DNA of 61,992 nucleotides, the filler included, from Collodictyon triciliatum (Eukaryota): assembly GCA_043381765.1 (NCBI GenBank). It is 4 parts of 4 records of this genome, joined end to end, with 100 filler letters (N's around TTAATTAATTAA, not from the genome) between each part and the next. Parts side by side here need not be neighbours in the genome. Positions count along the whole stretch, not along the records: positions 1 to 21,452 come from JBHJMP010000518.1; positions 21,553 to 45,722 come from JBHJMP010000519.1; 2 more parts are not named here. One strand, 5' to 3'. Shown one piece after another: positions 12,157-43,749 of the stretch. Under the pieces are notes generated by a model. The model did not search any database, was not told the DNA's origin, and worked only from the letters and a program-made list of their open reading frames with translations. The translations under genes and the position numbers were made by a program. Position 1 is the stretch's first letter, and every line of letters begins with the position of its first letter.

Positions 12157-15100
12157 CGTCGTTGTCGTTTCTATTACTGTTACTGTTGGAAATTAGCCTT
12201 GAATAGCATGTACACCAGTGATGGCATCTCCATAGGATTGAGTCGTCGGTATAGATAATTTATCCTAAATTTCATCATACAGACCAGTCTTTGATTTATA
12301 CAATCGAGTTTGTTTCAAGCGAACAAGGAGGCACAGGAAGTGGAAAAATGAAGGTTGAAATGGTTAGATACGAATTTGAGCTAGAAGTTGTTTTGATCGA
12401 ATTCCAAAAGATAGTTCAATCCATTTTTTCCCATCAGGGTGAAACCAAGTAGGAAAAAAACAAACATCAACAATAAATATCTGAGCCTAAACAGTATTCT
12501 TGCTTTGATGCAGTTTTTATTTTATTTCAGTCTGCCAAATTATGAACGGTTAAATTTCTTTTTTTTTTTCTTCTTCTTTTTTAGGTCTCAGGGCCAAGCT
12601 ATGCTTTCTGTGGAACCCATGACGCTGCCTATGTAACTTTCAGTATTTTCCATTCCGTTTATGTGGGGAGTATATTTTCCTCTAATACTTTATGTTACCA
12701 TTTAATTGAATACACTGTTATCGCCTTACTTCTAGTGAGATACCTTTAAAGAAACAGCCATCCACCTCTGCCAACGATTCTTTCAGTAACACACCAAATT
12801 ATGGACATTCCTTTGACCCCGCACATCGACAACACACCCCACTTTCGAGTCCACCATTATCAGAGTTCTTTTCACCCAAATTGTCACAAAAATCGCTCGG
12901 GGAGACCGAAACGCAGACCAGAGATAGTCATGTAACTACCCGAAAGCCCGCCCAAAGTTTAGACTCTTTGGCGGCCTTATCACCAAGGTATACTTAATGG
13001 CACGATGACATCTCATCATGTGCTTACACCATGAAATAGTCTCTGGAAAATATTTGGGGACTACCAATAATTTTATATACTCATGAATGAAAATCTTCAT
13101 AGAGCTTCTATACTCCAATGCTTAATATTTATGGACATTTAAACATTTCAATACTTCTTACTGCATTTTTCTTATTTGTCATCATCTACCATAATTTTCT
13201 TTAACGTCATTTTATCATCAACCATCAAAGGGGACTCTCCAAGTCTCAAGCAAACACAAAAGCAGGGCTAAAGCATACCTCTGAAAAGACTGGACATGAT
13301 GATAGTGCAATTCATCTGCGATGTGCGTCTCCTCCATTGCAACTTAATTTCCCCGCACCTGCATCTCCCCGTCCGTCACGGTCTCCCCTGGGAGATAAGA
13401 TCGATCCGACAGTCCACACCTTTTTTCGCTCACAGATTTTAAAAGGGAGAGTCGAAAAAATTGTTTGCTATCTCGAGTGTTCGTACTTAAAATACGGGTC
13501 GAAAATTTCTGAAGAAAGGCAGGCCATCATTCTTCCAAAAATTATGACTTTCTTTTAATATATATATAGAATACCTGTGGTAGATAATTATTTTTAATTA
13601 TATGAATTTTTGAGTGATAAGAACAACATCATGATCTCATCTAATTGTACCCGGTAAATATCAATAATTTTCAAATGCCTTTCACATTTTAGACTGGCAT
13701 ATGTATTCTGGATGGAATCAAGTCTGTACATAATAAAAGACAAGAAAGGAGCAACTGGTCAGATTGTCTTCTCTTTGTATCATCAATATATATTTCTAAT
13801 ATTATGCATACTTTGCATTGCGCAAGAGATGCTAATTTGCAGAACAATATGTGTTCATTTAAATTCTAACCCATCACGAAAGCTCTTACATATGTGAATA
13901 TACCATTTTTTTCTTGTGTTTTGAACTTTTTTTTCTCTTTGTAGGCCATGAAATGGGTGCTCATATTCAATCAAACCAAATCAAGAGACTTGGGATTGGT
14001 TCTTGGTGTCAACTTATTCGGTATGCAGCTAATATCGACTTTGTTAAGTCAAGTTAAAAAAAATTCTTATCTTGAAACCCAACAACATCGCGACAGAATC
14101 GAAATGGGCACTGTGGCGCATATATTGCTTGTGAGAGATAAAGCAAAGACTGAGAAGGTGCTGGACTTTATCAATCGCTCGTGGATGACACCGACAGGCT
14201 CTCCTCATAAATTCGATGTCTATTTTTATGAGGCGGAAACACAATCGGTCATTGGAGAGGTATGGAGTATTCCTGAAGCTGAAAATATGTTGGGTATATA
14301 TAAAGCACACTTTACGGTTTTGAACATATCTGATATTTTCATTTGCACTTTTATCTCTTAATTTTCTTATTTTATGACTCTTAAAAGGAAATAAATGATG
14401 TTTTTATTTATCAAACGAATACCTTCCTATCTGGAATTGCACTTTCTTTTAAGTTGGTGGAAGACTTGGAAGGAGATGACGCAGTGGCAAACTTCTACTT
14501 GATGGTCTTTATGGTGACTGACAAAGAAGATGATTCAACGTGTCCATGTAGACACGGTGGCTCTTCCATCATACCCATTTGTTAATCTCTTGCAATTCTT
14601 TTAATTTCCATTTATTTCCATCCAATTTGTACAAAAATCTAGAGTCACTCTTCCCTTTTTTCAATAATAATAATAATCGTACGCAACCCTTCTTTTTTTT
14701 TTAATTCACCCATGTTGGACAGGGCTAGACTTTTATCTATTTATTTCTTCATGATATACCTCATGCTTTTTTCTTCATGAACTCATTTCTGAATTTGTTT
14801 TTTTCCTTTTACAAACTAAATACTTTTGCCCTCTACTGCCGCACTCCCGCCCATAGAGTCGCGCCCCGTTCTGCCCCGGTCGGTGGTGGTCACGGAAGAG
14901 CGAATATACATTCTCCACGATGACTACATCCGCTGGCCTCTTCTCCCCGGTGCTCCGATTCCGACGACGCCCGAATTCAAGTGCGACAAGCAAGCAAAGA
15001 TTCTTGAAGTCACACGACTGGTATAGTTATGATTGGTTGCTTAAAAGAAAAGAAAAAGGACAAGATAGAAGAAACCACCTGCAATTTTCATACCGATTGT

Positions 15101-15441
15101 TCAGTGTATCATCTCAGTCACAATACGCTTTAATTCTGTTTCTATCAAATATTTCCTCCCGTTTTAAATTGAAAGATGTGCTTTTCATCCGTTCCTATGT
15201 GTATTTATGGAGCAAAAGACGGAAAGGCTACAAAGTACATAATGAAGCGCCTGTTCAATCCGTGTAGGAACTGTTTGGCGACTGCGGCTGTCAGGTGTTC
15301 ATGGAATCAGAAGAGAACGACGCAGAGTTTACATGGCAGATTGTAACGTCATGTCAAACATCCAGACAATCGCTCGTGCATTCAATCTCGTCAAAATGGA
15401 AGCACTTTTTCAAAGTTGACTTGGAAATAACACAACGATGA
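8840..15441 (+). CDS. STK11IP / nischarin-like LRR protein with C-terminal PH-like regions (~20 exons)
   Basis: Exons translate to ...IWPMLMWLDCSNNGLTSLDKSL/KFLPALQYINLSHNNL...LDLSYNLISNITEVERLRDLPFLTHLILEGNPL...NYR, then LEQMRKEGGNSWL, and a C-terminus PRSVVVTEERIYILHDDYIRWP...WKHFFKVDLEI. This layout recalls the STK11IP/NISCH family. The junction near 14500-14860 is unresolved. Confidence 0.7.
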
Positions 15442-15936
15442 AAATATGCGAGTCTTTTGCGAGGGAGATAAATATATTGACTAGACTATGGAAAGTGCAC
15501 TTGTTTTCTTTCTTTTTTCTCCTGTTTTTTCTTTAACTCATTTTTTTTTTTATTTATTTAAATCGTCCTGGACGAAAGCAAGAGAAAAAAGGCTGTGTGG
15601 AGTGGAATAAAGAGAAAAGAAAGAAAAGAAAAAAAAAAAAGAAAAACTACGAGAACGGTGTGTCGCCACTGTCGCTTCTCCCCCAACTTCTTTGGCTCTG
15701 CGATGGAGTCAGTCAAGGCCGCTTGTTTACACCACCAGATAACCTGCCCTTCTTTTTTTTTTCTCTTTTTTTAATCATCTTTTCATTCTTTTCTTTCTCT
15801 CATCACATCTTTTTTTTTTAACTATGAAGTAGCAAGGTTCACCGATCCTGTTGAGTGAGCTGTTTTGTGACGGTGAGGTCGCACTTGACACAGAGAGAAC
15901 AAACAAGAAACCACAGCGGCCGGGGGAATCAGCGGG

Positions 15937-18900
15937 ATGGAAGACGTGCGCAGCGTTGAAGAGGAAGTCCGGGATCTCGCGTGGACTCTCAAGATCACGC
16001 CGAAAGCGCTGCTTGGGAAGCGTGATTTGTTTCTGTCTTGGCACGGCCTTGAGTCTCTCTCTGAGGTGGTCGGGTTCCTCACAGGACTGACCAACCTGCA
16101 GCTTGTCGGGAATCAAGTAATAAAAATAATACAAATCATAATCATAATCATAATCATAATCATAATAACATAGTAAAATAAAATAAAATAATGATAATAA
16201 TAATCATAATCATAATAATATAATATAATAAAATAAAATAAAATAAAATAATGATAAATAAATAAAATATAACAACAACAATGATAATAATGATCATAAT
16301 CATAATCATTATTATAATCATAATAAAATAAAATATAACACATAAATGACACGAAAAGATACAGGATGAAGTAGATAAACAAAAATATTTCATTACTATA
16401 AGGTATTATTTCACCCAAAAAAATCAGCAAGAGCGATATTAAAAAATTATAACACCCTTCGCTTATACCACTATTATTAGTAAAGTGTCATTTTTAATGG
16501 TCGTTTTTTGTAGTTAAGCTTACTTCCCGACTCGATTAGCTTCCTAAGTGAACTACATGTTCTGAATTTGGCAGAAAATATCGTAGTTCTACATTTATAT
16601 TTCAATTTGTGTACACTAGATTCTTCTCATACATCACTCTGATAATATAAATGGCGGTGACAGCATTGATATATTTTTTCCTCTGCGATGTAGTTTTCTG
16701 TCATTCCAACAGTTTTATCTTCTTTGTCAGGGTTGGAGGAAATTAGCTTCTACAAAAACAGCGTATTTATTTTTCTTTTCTTTTGATTGCGCGACAGCGA
16801 ATGTTTTATGATAACAAATAATTAAAAAATTTTTTTTAGAAAGTAGCCTTAAATATTGTGTGAAATAATTTCTACAGTTGACAAATATTTACGGGTTGAG
16901 TCTGCTTATTCACCTCACTTCTCTGGATTTGTCCCAAAATCTTGTTTGTATTTCATATTCATCATGATTTGACTTCTAAAATCAGACATGACGAATGCGC
17001 TCTTATTTGTTTATCGCTTAACACCGACTCAGTTGACCCAAAACGATTTTGGTGATGGCTTAAGCCGCTTGACGTCTCTTCAGAAACTTCTTCTCCATGA
17101 TAACAACGTACCGCCGAACATATTCACCTCCCGCCTACTTTTTATTCATACCAGAGTATGATACAATAGTTAGGAAAGGTAACACGATAAACGCATCCAG
17201 ATAAGCATTTTTCCACGTGTCCTTACCACCCTGACTGGATTGACTGAGCTGCATCTGAGGAGAAATAATGTAGTTTTGGATATTCTTGTATTTTATTGCT
17301 GCAAAAATAGAATATAGCTAAAATACTACCAATTTTACACACAATACTGACCATATATATGGGTCAAAGGAAAAGAAGAAGAAAAAGAAAATATTTATTC
17401 CCAACTATAATAGTTATCTCAGGATGAATATCTAGTCAGGGAGCTTAAAAATCTTCGCATTCTTAATTACTCTGAGAATTCAGTAAGCTTTTATGTCTTC
17501 ACCACATCAAAAAGTGCGATTTTCTAAACTTTTTTTGTCCAACACACTTACAATGTCACTCTCTGAACAGTTTCGCCCGTTCCAGCCATTTCTTCTGCAC
17601 ATCAAAGACTTAGAGTACCTGGAAATATGCTCCAACTCAGTACTACTCTCATAAATATGCACTGAATAGACTTTTACAAATATCAATAAAAATAAATCAA
17701 CTGCACCCTCTATATTATTTAATCAAAAAATGATGACCGCAGCTGATATCCATCGATATCGGTATTCACGCGGTAACTAATCTAAGGATTCTTCATGCAT
17801 CAAAGAATCGGGTAAACATTTTATCTTGTCTTTGATCATACCATTATGCAGTTATTTAGCACAAAAAAAGTGTTTTAAAAAGTCGTAACCAATTTCTAGT
17901 TACTCTCCTTACCCAGTGACATCGGCCTCTTGACCAATTTAGATACCTTATGCATATCTCATAATATGGTTTTCAGCTTTATTAATTAGAAAAATTACCT
18001 TGAAGATAACATTTCATCTGAAAGAAAAGTTATTGAAAGAATAACTCTTATTCTAAAAAAAAAGATACGTGAATTACCGGAAAGCTTCAGCAATCTAGCA
18101 AATCTTAAAAAATTGGAAGTCTGCGAAAATCTTGTTGGTCTTTTATATCATCACACGCCTTTATTGATACTGTATAACGTATATATGATTACACACTCAC
18201 AGATTTCGGTACTCCCTGACTCTATCACTGGCTTGACCGGCTTGGTTTCTATACACATGTCAAAAAACAAGGTAAGAAGTTTGCGTCAACCAAATGATGT
18301 AGTGAATTACAAATGATAAACGAGTTCTTGCGATATGCGCAGATAAGTAGCATACCAAGAAACATCGGTTCACTTGTTATGTTGGAGCAATTGAGTTTGT
18401 CTGACAACCAAGTAATTTTTTTGATTAAAAGTCTAGTAGCTTTGATGAAATACTGAATTATACATGATATCATTTTACTGAGTGAATACCCTTCTTCTGC
18501 ATTTATTGATGAATACTGACGGCTTTTCATTGAATACATATATCAACTACTTTTGATGGTTTGCAGGTGTCTCATATTCCTGACTCGATATCACGGTGCA
18601 GTAGTTTAAAGTTTCTGTGGCTGAATCATACCATCGAAAACAGCTCATCCGTAGTAAGTTTCTTTTTTATCGACTTTCTTTCCCCCAAGTTTAAATTCAC
18701 ATTTATATCTTTCGATATTGAAGCTATCAACCAATCCAATTAACTTTTTTACATCTGAGAAAGCTTTCTAGTCTACCAGAGAGCGTATGTCAGATTAAGA
18801 CCTTGGAGGGTCTCTTTCTTAGCGGACAATCGGTATGTCATCTACAATATTTTTTTAAAAAACAACAACAACAACAACAACAACAAACGAGTGAATATAT

Positions 18901-19580
18901 TTACCTCACGTTTAATCTTTCTTACTTTTTCATACAATATTCTTTTCCAGTGGTGTTGGTATCCATCCAAGTCATGTTCTCGAAATGACATCACCCATTC
19001 ATCTTAGATTGAAATTGTGTCAGATTCGATTTCAAACCTTGAAAATCTGTGCTACTTCTGGTTGAAGGGCAACGCGGTTCGTGGGCAAACATCTAAGAAT
19101 TTTGCATTTGTTTCCGTTTCGTTTAAAGTCAACTACATTTGAACTCTAGATTAAGGAATTCAAGACGCAATTCACCCGCTTGGGCAAGCTGAAATCTTTT
19201 GTTCTTTGTGACAACAAGGTCCGAATACGTCGATAAATAATGCGGAATATAAAGAGTTTCACTTTCTCAAATCACTAGCAGATTCTCCAAAATATTTGGC
19301 ACAGATTTCACTAATGCCGGTTTTTTTTTTGTTTTGTTTTTTTTGCACATCGGGTTCAGATACCATCACTACTTCGTGAACACCTGAATGGATTCTCGTC
19401 ATTATCAACATTGAATCTGAGTGGCTGTGAGGTGCTTGCATTTTTTTTCATTTTTTCATTTTGCTTAGTTTTCTGGTTCCCACGCTTTAATTTGCATCGC
19501 CTATAGTGAGGGAGCTGGTTTATGAACTCATTTACATGAACAAAACATCACAGCTTGCTTTCATCGAAGACGAATTCTGA
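15937..19580 (+). CDS. Leucine-rich repeat protein, one LRR per exon (~19 exons)
   Basis: 17 internal exons (starts 16514, 16694, 16878, 17033, 17201, 17414, 17571, 17743, 17900, 18065, 18203, 18343, 18567, 18764, 19008, 19150, 19360), mostly 69 nt. Each encodes one LxxLPxxIxxLxxLxxLxLxxNx unit, e.g. LLSLPSDIGLLTNLDTLCISHNM and IRELPESFSNLANLKKLEVCENL, and all introns are phase 0. Confidence 0.88.
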
Positions 19581-20082
19581 CAGGAAATAAAGATGAGCAG
19601 ATTTAAAAACGTCAAACACACAGCCGAATGATAACTGCAAAGAAAATGCCCAATAAATGATAAATTCCGTTCAAATCAACGCTGGTATCCATATTCTTGG
19701 ACACAACACCCGAATAAAATGTTTTTTCTTTCTCTTATTTCTTATTATTTTATTAATTTTTTAATTTGCGAATTGTCCTTCAGATTACGGCAAAAATGCC
19801 AGATACATGGATACGAATCACACCCTTGGATACCGACTTTTCTCTTTTGTGGAACGACAATCTTTTGCTTTTTGCTTTTCGCTTTTCGAATCTGGAATCT
19901 TGACTGACTCAACTCGATTCAAACACATCAGCCTTTTTTTTTCCATTTTCTTTTTCTTTTTTTTTAATACTTGCGCCTTAGGTCGCCAGAAGCTTTCGTC
20001 AGCAACAACAGGCAGTGCATAAAGCAGTAACATTCACACACCCGCAGAAAGACGAGAAGAGAAGACTGGAAAGTAGCCACCA

Positions 20083-21343
20083 ATGTCAGGAAAGGGGAAG
20101 AAGGCAGCCGCAGCCGCTCCATCCAGTTCGCCGAAGGAACTTTCTGCTTTGCGTGGGTGACTTTCTTCGTTTCCTTTTTTTTTTTTCCCGCTTCTTTTTT
20201 TTCTTTTTATCTTTTCATTTTTCTAGTCGATGTGCTCCATATGAAAATAGACAACTAAATTAAAAAAAAAAGGAGGGTTCTTGGACGAGAAGAAGGACAG
20301 TAAAATCGACCCTGCGATTCAGAGTAAGCTCGCACTGATTCATCAAGATATTTCTGAGCAAGCATGGAAAATTATACACGAAGACATGCCACAGAAAGTT
20401 GTCGAATTGGAGGAGTTCATCAAGGTAATCAAAGAAAACATAATCTAGAGTAGACGATATCAATATGCATCGTCCGACATCCTGTTTCTAATTTTTCTGC
20501 TGTTAACCCTTTTTTTTTTTTTTAATATTATCAATTACATCAACCAACCAATCAATCAATATTTTTTATCGTCTCACATTTCCAAAACTCCCTCGAATGT
20601 GTTTCTCTGGGATGAAATAGGGAACCACCCTTCTCGACATGAGGAATATGCCAAAGTCTGTCGAAAAGTTTGAAGACATGGGTTACCCCACATTAACAGA
20701 CAGGATGGACAGAGCTGTTTCAAAGGATTCAGAAGCCATCGACACGGGTGCTCTGAAGAAGCGAAAATCTGATGATGTGGAAAGTGGAACGACACCATCT
20801 TTCAGTCCCATGACAACGCCTGTCCCTTGCAACAAAGTAGCACATATTTAAAGAATGGAGTTGTAGAAGAATAATATTTTCATCAGACAATTATGAATAT
20901 GTCCAACTGCATGAATATTCACATGTTGATAAAAGTCCCTCTTAGTGAAGTATTGCACCTCCCTTTTGCTTCCTCTTTTGCTTCCTGTGTGGAAACTAAG
21001 CAGTTGATATGGTATTTGTCATAGTTTGTGCTTGGCCTGGTGCAAGTCATGAAGCCAAAAATCTTTGAGTTGGTGGAAATGATAGATACAGTGAGAATGT
21101 GGATTCAGTTGAATATCCCAAAAATTGAGGATGGAAACAATTTCGGTGTCTCGATACAAGTAATTACAAAAATCCTTTATTATATAATTTACATCTGGCA
21201 TTCTGGAGAAAGGCTTCGTAATGAAATAAAATGTTGCCCAGGAGGAAATCCTAGCGGAATTGTCAAAAGCAGAGGAAAGCAGTCTTGGGATGCTGGAAAC
21301 TGTGTCCAGATATCATATGGCCAGGGCTAAGCTCGTATCCAAG
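20083..21343 (+). CDS. PSME3: Proteasome activator PA28 (11S, REG-gamma-like), 3' end lost at a contig join
   Basis: Contains the activation-loop signature MWIQLNIPKIEDGNNFGVSIQ/EEILAEL...RYHMARAKLVSK and a KKRK NLS-like insert before VPCNK. The next intron runs into the N gap/linker. Confidence 0.9.
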
Positions 21344-21496
21344 GTATTTGAATCGAAAAGTTATGCAAATTGAGCTTTTATTTTTATTTCTCTTTTCTCT
21401 TTTCTCTTTTTTCTTTTCTCTTTTCTCTTTTCTCTTTTCTCTTTTCTCTTTTNNNNNNNNNNNNNNNNNNNNNNNNNNNNNNNNNNNNNNNNNNNN

Positions 21497-21508
21497 TTAA
21501 TTAATTAA
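21497..21508. other. Artificial six-frame-stop contig linker TTAATTAATTAA within Ns
   Basis: The identical palindromic 12-mer centred in a 100-nt N-padded gap occurs three times (21497, 45767, 52553). Confidence 0.9.
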
Positions 21509-21569
21509 NNNNNNNNNNNNNNNNNNNNNNNNNNNNNNNNNNNNNNNNNNNNCACCGACCTACTGCTCC

Positions 21570-21664
<95 letters not shown>

Positions 21665-21877
21665 GAAACAATCACTACACCAGCCAAGGCTAAAACACTT
21701 GGATTTTTCAAAGCAAATAAATGTCTTGAGATATAATCCACACAAACCCATGGGATATAATATTCCCTCATCTCTTTTTTTTCCCTTATGCATGGTGTTT
21801 TATCTAGTCGGGGTTTCCTCATGTACAGTTATTCACTAACAAATCTCTTGCTTTGTGTCTCTTTTCCTTCTCATCTA

Positions 21878-37280
<15,403 letters not shown>

Positions 37281-37596
37281 CTTTATGAATCGATTAGGGT
37301 AGCAGTTGTCTCACTCCGAAGGTATTCCGGTTATATGTTTTGCATCCAATTCATGTTTTTTTTTTATTTTTTATTTTTTGTGTTTTATTTTTTGGTTTTT
37401 TTGATTGTTTAAAATTCTAAATCCAAAAAAGAAATAATAGTTTATGCATTATGTCTATAACTGGAATATAATGTTAATTGCAAATTGCCAACGATATTTA
37501 GAAAGTTCACATATCTTTAACTAATGCAAGTGGTTATTCGCTTAATTCTATATTCGGAAGAATCCTTATCAAATAAAATCTGCTGGGATACAGCAA

Positions 37597-39068
37597 ATGG
37601 CTTCTGCATCGCCAAGTCGAGAGAAGGAAACAACTCCTCCATCTTTCAACTAGTCACAACCAAGCTCCCAGCGCCTGATGGAATACACAAGCCGCAACCA
37701 GAGTCAGCTTTGCAAGTTGCAGCCAGCTCTTCTGGTTCCAACGCTGGTGCGGAGAAAACCCCGGGTTGCTCGTAAGTCTAGGAAGACCCATGCAAGGAAG
37801 CCGCCTGCAAGTCTGTCTGATCGGACAGTATTTTTACACGGGGTCGAGCAAGTCGTTTACAACAAGAACAAGGCCCGCAGGCTAACAGATGCGCTCCCCT
37901 CCTTCTTGAAAGCGAAAAAACTTTGGGAAGAGTCCATCTAATTGCGCTTACCGGACAGCGAAGGCCTTTGCCTGATCGCCTTCCGCACGGCAGAAAACGC
38001 CGGAAAGCTTCTGGAACTGAAGCAGGTAAGTTTGATCGATATCATGAGCAGCTTCAGCAGAAGTGAACGAACAGAGACCTCGGTGATGCTCTATTAACCA
38101 CCGCTGGATGTGTGGCCGCAACTCCTTCGTGAGGAGCTGAAGCCGTTCAGACCGACCCACGTGGAGATCAAAAAGGACAAATGCCTCTTCACAGACACGG
38201 CCGTGGTGAAGCTTCTCTGTCACAAGAACCAGCTCCTACAAAGTTTACGGTCATGGGCAAAAAGTGTCCAAAGCGCACCCTCAAAGAGCGCCCGCCAGCC
38301 GCGAACAACGAACGACAAGTAAAAGCCCCGCAAAAGAATACACTCGCCAAGCAGACAAGCAGCAACGGGGTCAAGGAAGCCAAGGCCAGGCAACAACTGA
38401 GTCCGCAAGACTCACAGCAGATACGCGCATACAGCGACAGCGACGATGACATGGAAGGAAATCTCGGTTCCTCTTCAGAATCCTCGCACTCGAGCACTCC
38501 ACCGCCAACACCGGACAAGCCCGCACATCGCAAGACTCAAGAGCAGCGCATCTCCAAACCCCGAATGAAATCCTCCCTTAAACTACCCATTCAGACTGAC
38601 GTGAATATGGTCAACATAGGAGGCATCAAGGCAGTCTTCGTCACTTATTCGAAAGGATACTCCAAAGCGAAGGCAACACAAGAACCAGCGCCCACCAAAG
38701 ATAGTCCGTTTATCCAGCCCCGACCAATCGCACCGAGAACCAAGGAGCAAGAGCAAACAGCACAAGTCGAATCCAAGCTTGGAACTCCACACAATAAAGA
38801 CAGTCCGAGCAAGCAGGAGCGTATGCTTCTAAAACCACAAACGTGTATCCATACTCCGGTTAAGCAAAGTCCACTGCCGGCTACGTATGGTTCCGAAACC
38901 AGGGGACGGTCAAGCGCCACTTCCACTAATTTCAGACAAACAACGATGTATCGCTTTTTGTCAGAGTCGCCCAGCAAGAAACGCAAGGAAGGTGACGCGT
39001 TGTCCCCTCAAAATACTCATCCTGTGGAATGCAGTAGGATGTACACCTTGTCTGAGATAGATGGTTGA
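37597..39068 (+). pseudogene. Degenerate intronless ORF, possibly LINE ORF1 (RRM-like N-half, low-complexity C-half)
   Basis: GC-richer 1.5-kb block without AT-rich introns. One frame from ATG 37597 is interrupted by TAG 37651, TAA 37939 and TAA 38095, then shifts near 38200-38240 into the 295-aa ORF. TVFLHGV...LIAFRTAENAGKLL is RRM-like. The ORF1 identity is inference. Confidence 0.45.
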
Positions 39069-39880
39069 AAGGACTCGTCGGAATCGATTTGAGAAGTAAT
39101 AGCCATGTGCGTACTTTTATCGATCCGACAACTTCATTCACTCACCTGCCAGTCCCGAATACAACCAGAAATCGCGTTGGAGATGATTTGCTTTGGGTAG
39201 AAAAGTCAGCGTGTGAGAACACTTTTTCTTCTTTCTATCTTGTTTATTCTTTTTCCTTTTCCTTTTCTTTTTCTTTTTCTTTTTCTTTTTCTTTTTCTTT
39301 TTCTTTTTCTTTTTCTTTTTCTTTTTCTTTTTCTTTTTCTTTTTCTTTTTCTTTCCACCCAAAACACAAAATCTCCAACCACACAATCGGGCTTTTCGGT
39401 TTATCGTCCACAGCTCACTATTGTCCTAGAGGCGAAGGCGGTTTCCTCGGCTTTGTCTTCTCTCAACCAACTGTTAAAAAGAAATGTCAACTATTCCGGG
39501 CGCAGAATAATGCTGAACTTCACCAGATAGCTCGGCCACTGGATTCCCAAATGCACCTGGCACTGTCAGCACGCTAAAATAGCCGGATTATACCGTACTT
39601 TGTGTCAAAAGGACGTTTCTTTTTTTTCTCCAAAGGATGCATCAGCAAAAGCAGCCCGATACCCGGAGATATTAGCCGTGACCTGATTCCCATCCCGTGT
39701 CCAACCCAAATGAAGAGACACAAGAGACTCTGCTGCTATGAGTTCCCTTTCGGATTCATGACGATTTTTTTCCCACAGACAAAGCCCAGCGGCCTGGTAA
39801 CTTTCTGGCCGGCGCAAACACGAAAACTTTTAACTGCAACCTTGCGTCACCTAGGCGTTTTAACTTAACTTCCTGAAAGA

Positions 39881-43479
<3,599 letters not shown>

Positions 43480-43749
43480 GTATTACAACATGGAAAAGGA
43501 GTGAACAGGCAAGAAGAGGGGTTCATACGTGAAAGGAACTTTAGAAGGAAAGATGAAAGTTACACGGAAATAAATTAACATTTCACACGAAAAAATTTTG
43601 ACCCATGAAAATGCTTCTCAATTTTTTCTCTCTCCCACTCTCGCTCTCTCACATTTTGCTTTTTATCGAATCTTTATGAGAGACTTTTTCATCACCGTAT
43701 CACACAAATGCCTCTCACTTTAAGCCATTTATAGTTTAAGATGGTCATA

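Noticed and set aside
14754-14823. ATATACCTC...TTTCCTTTTAC...AC as another AT-AC intron in the STK11IP-like gene
   Set aside because: The donor does not match ATATCC, the required upstream microexon looks intronic, and GT-AG solutions exist. Unresolved without RNA data.
19578-19634. TGA readthrough or selenocysteine at the end of the LRR gene
   Set aside because: Only 16 further codons, no recognisable SECIS and no redox motif; this is expected by chance.
21453-21552. Recurrent palindrome TTAATTAATTAA flanked by Ns (also 45767 and 52553) as a biological element
   Set aside because: Identical sequence and padding three times with stops in all six frames indicate an assembly linker. Adjacency across these joins is unreliable, and the PSME3 and ARM truncations are artefacts, not pseudogenes.
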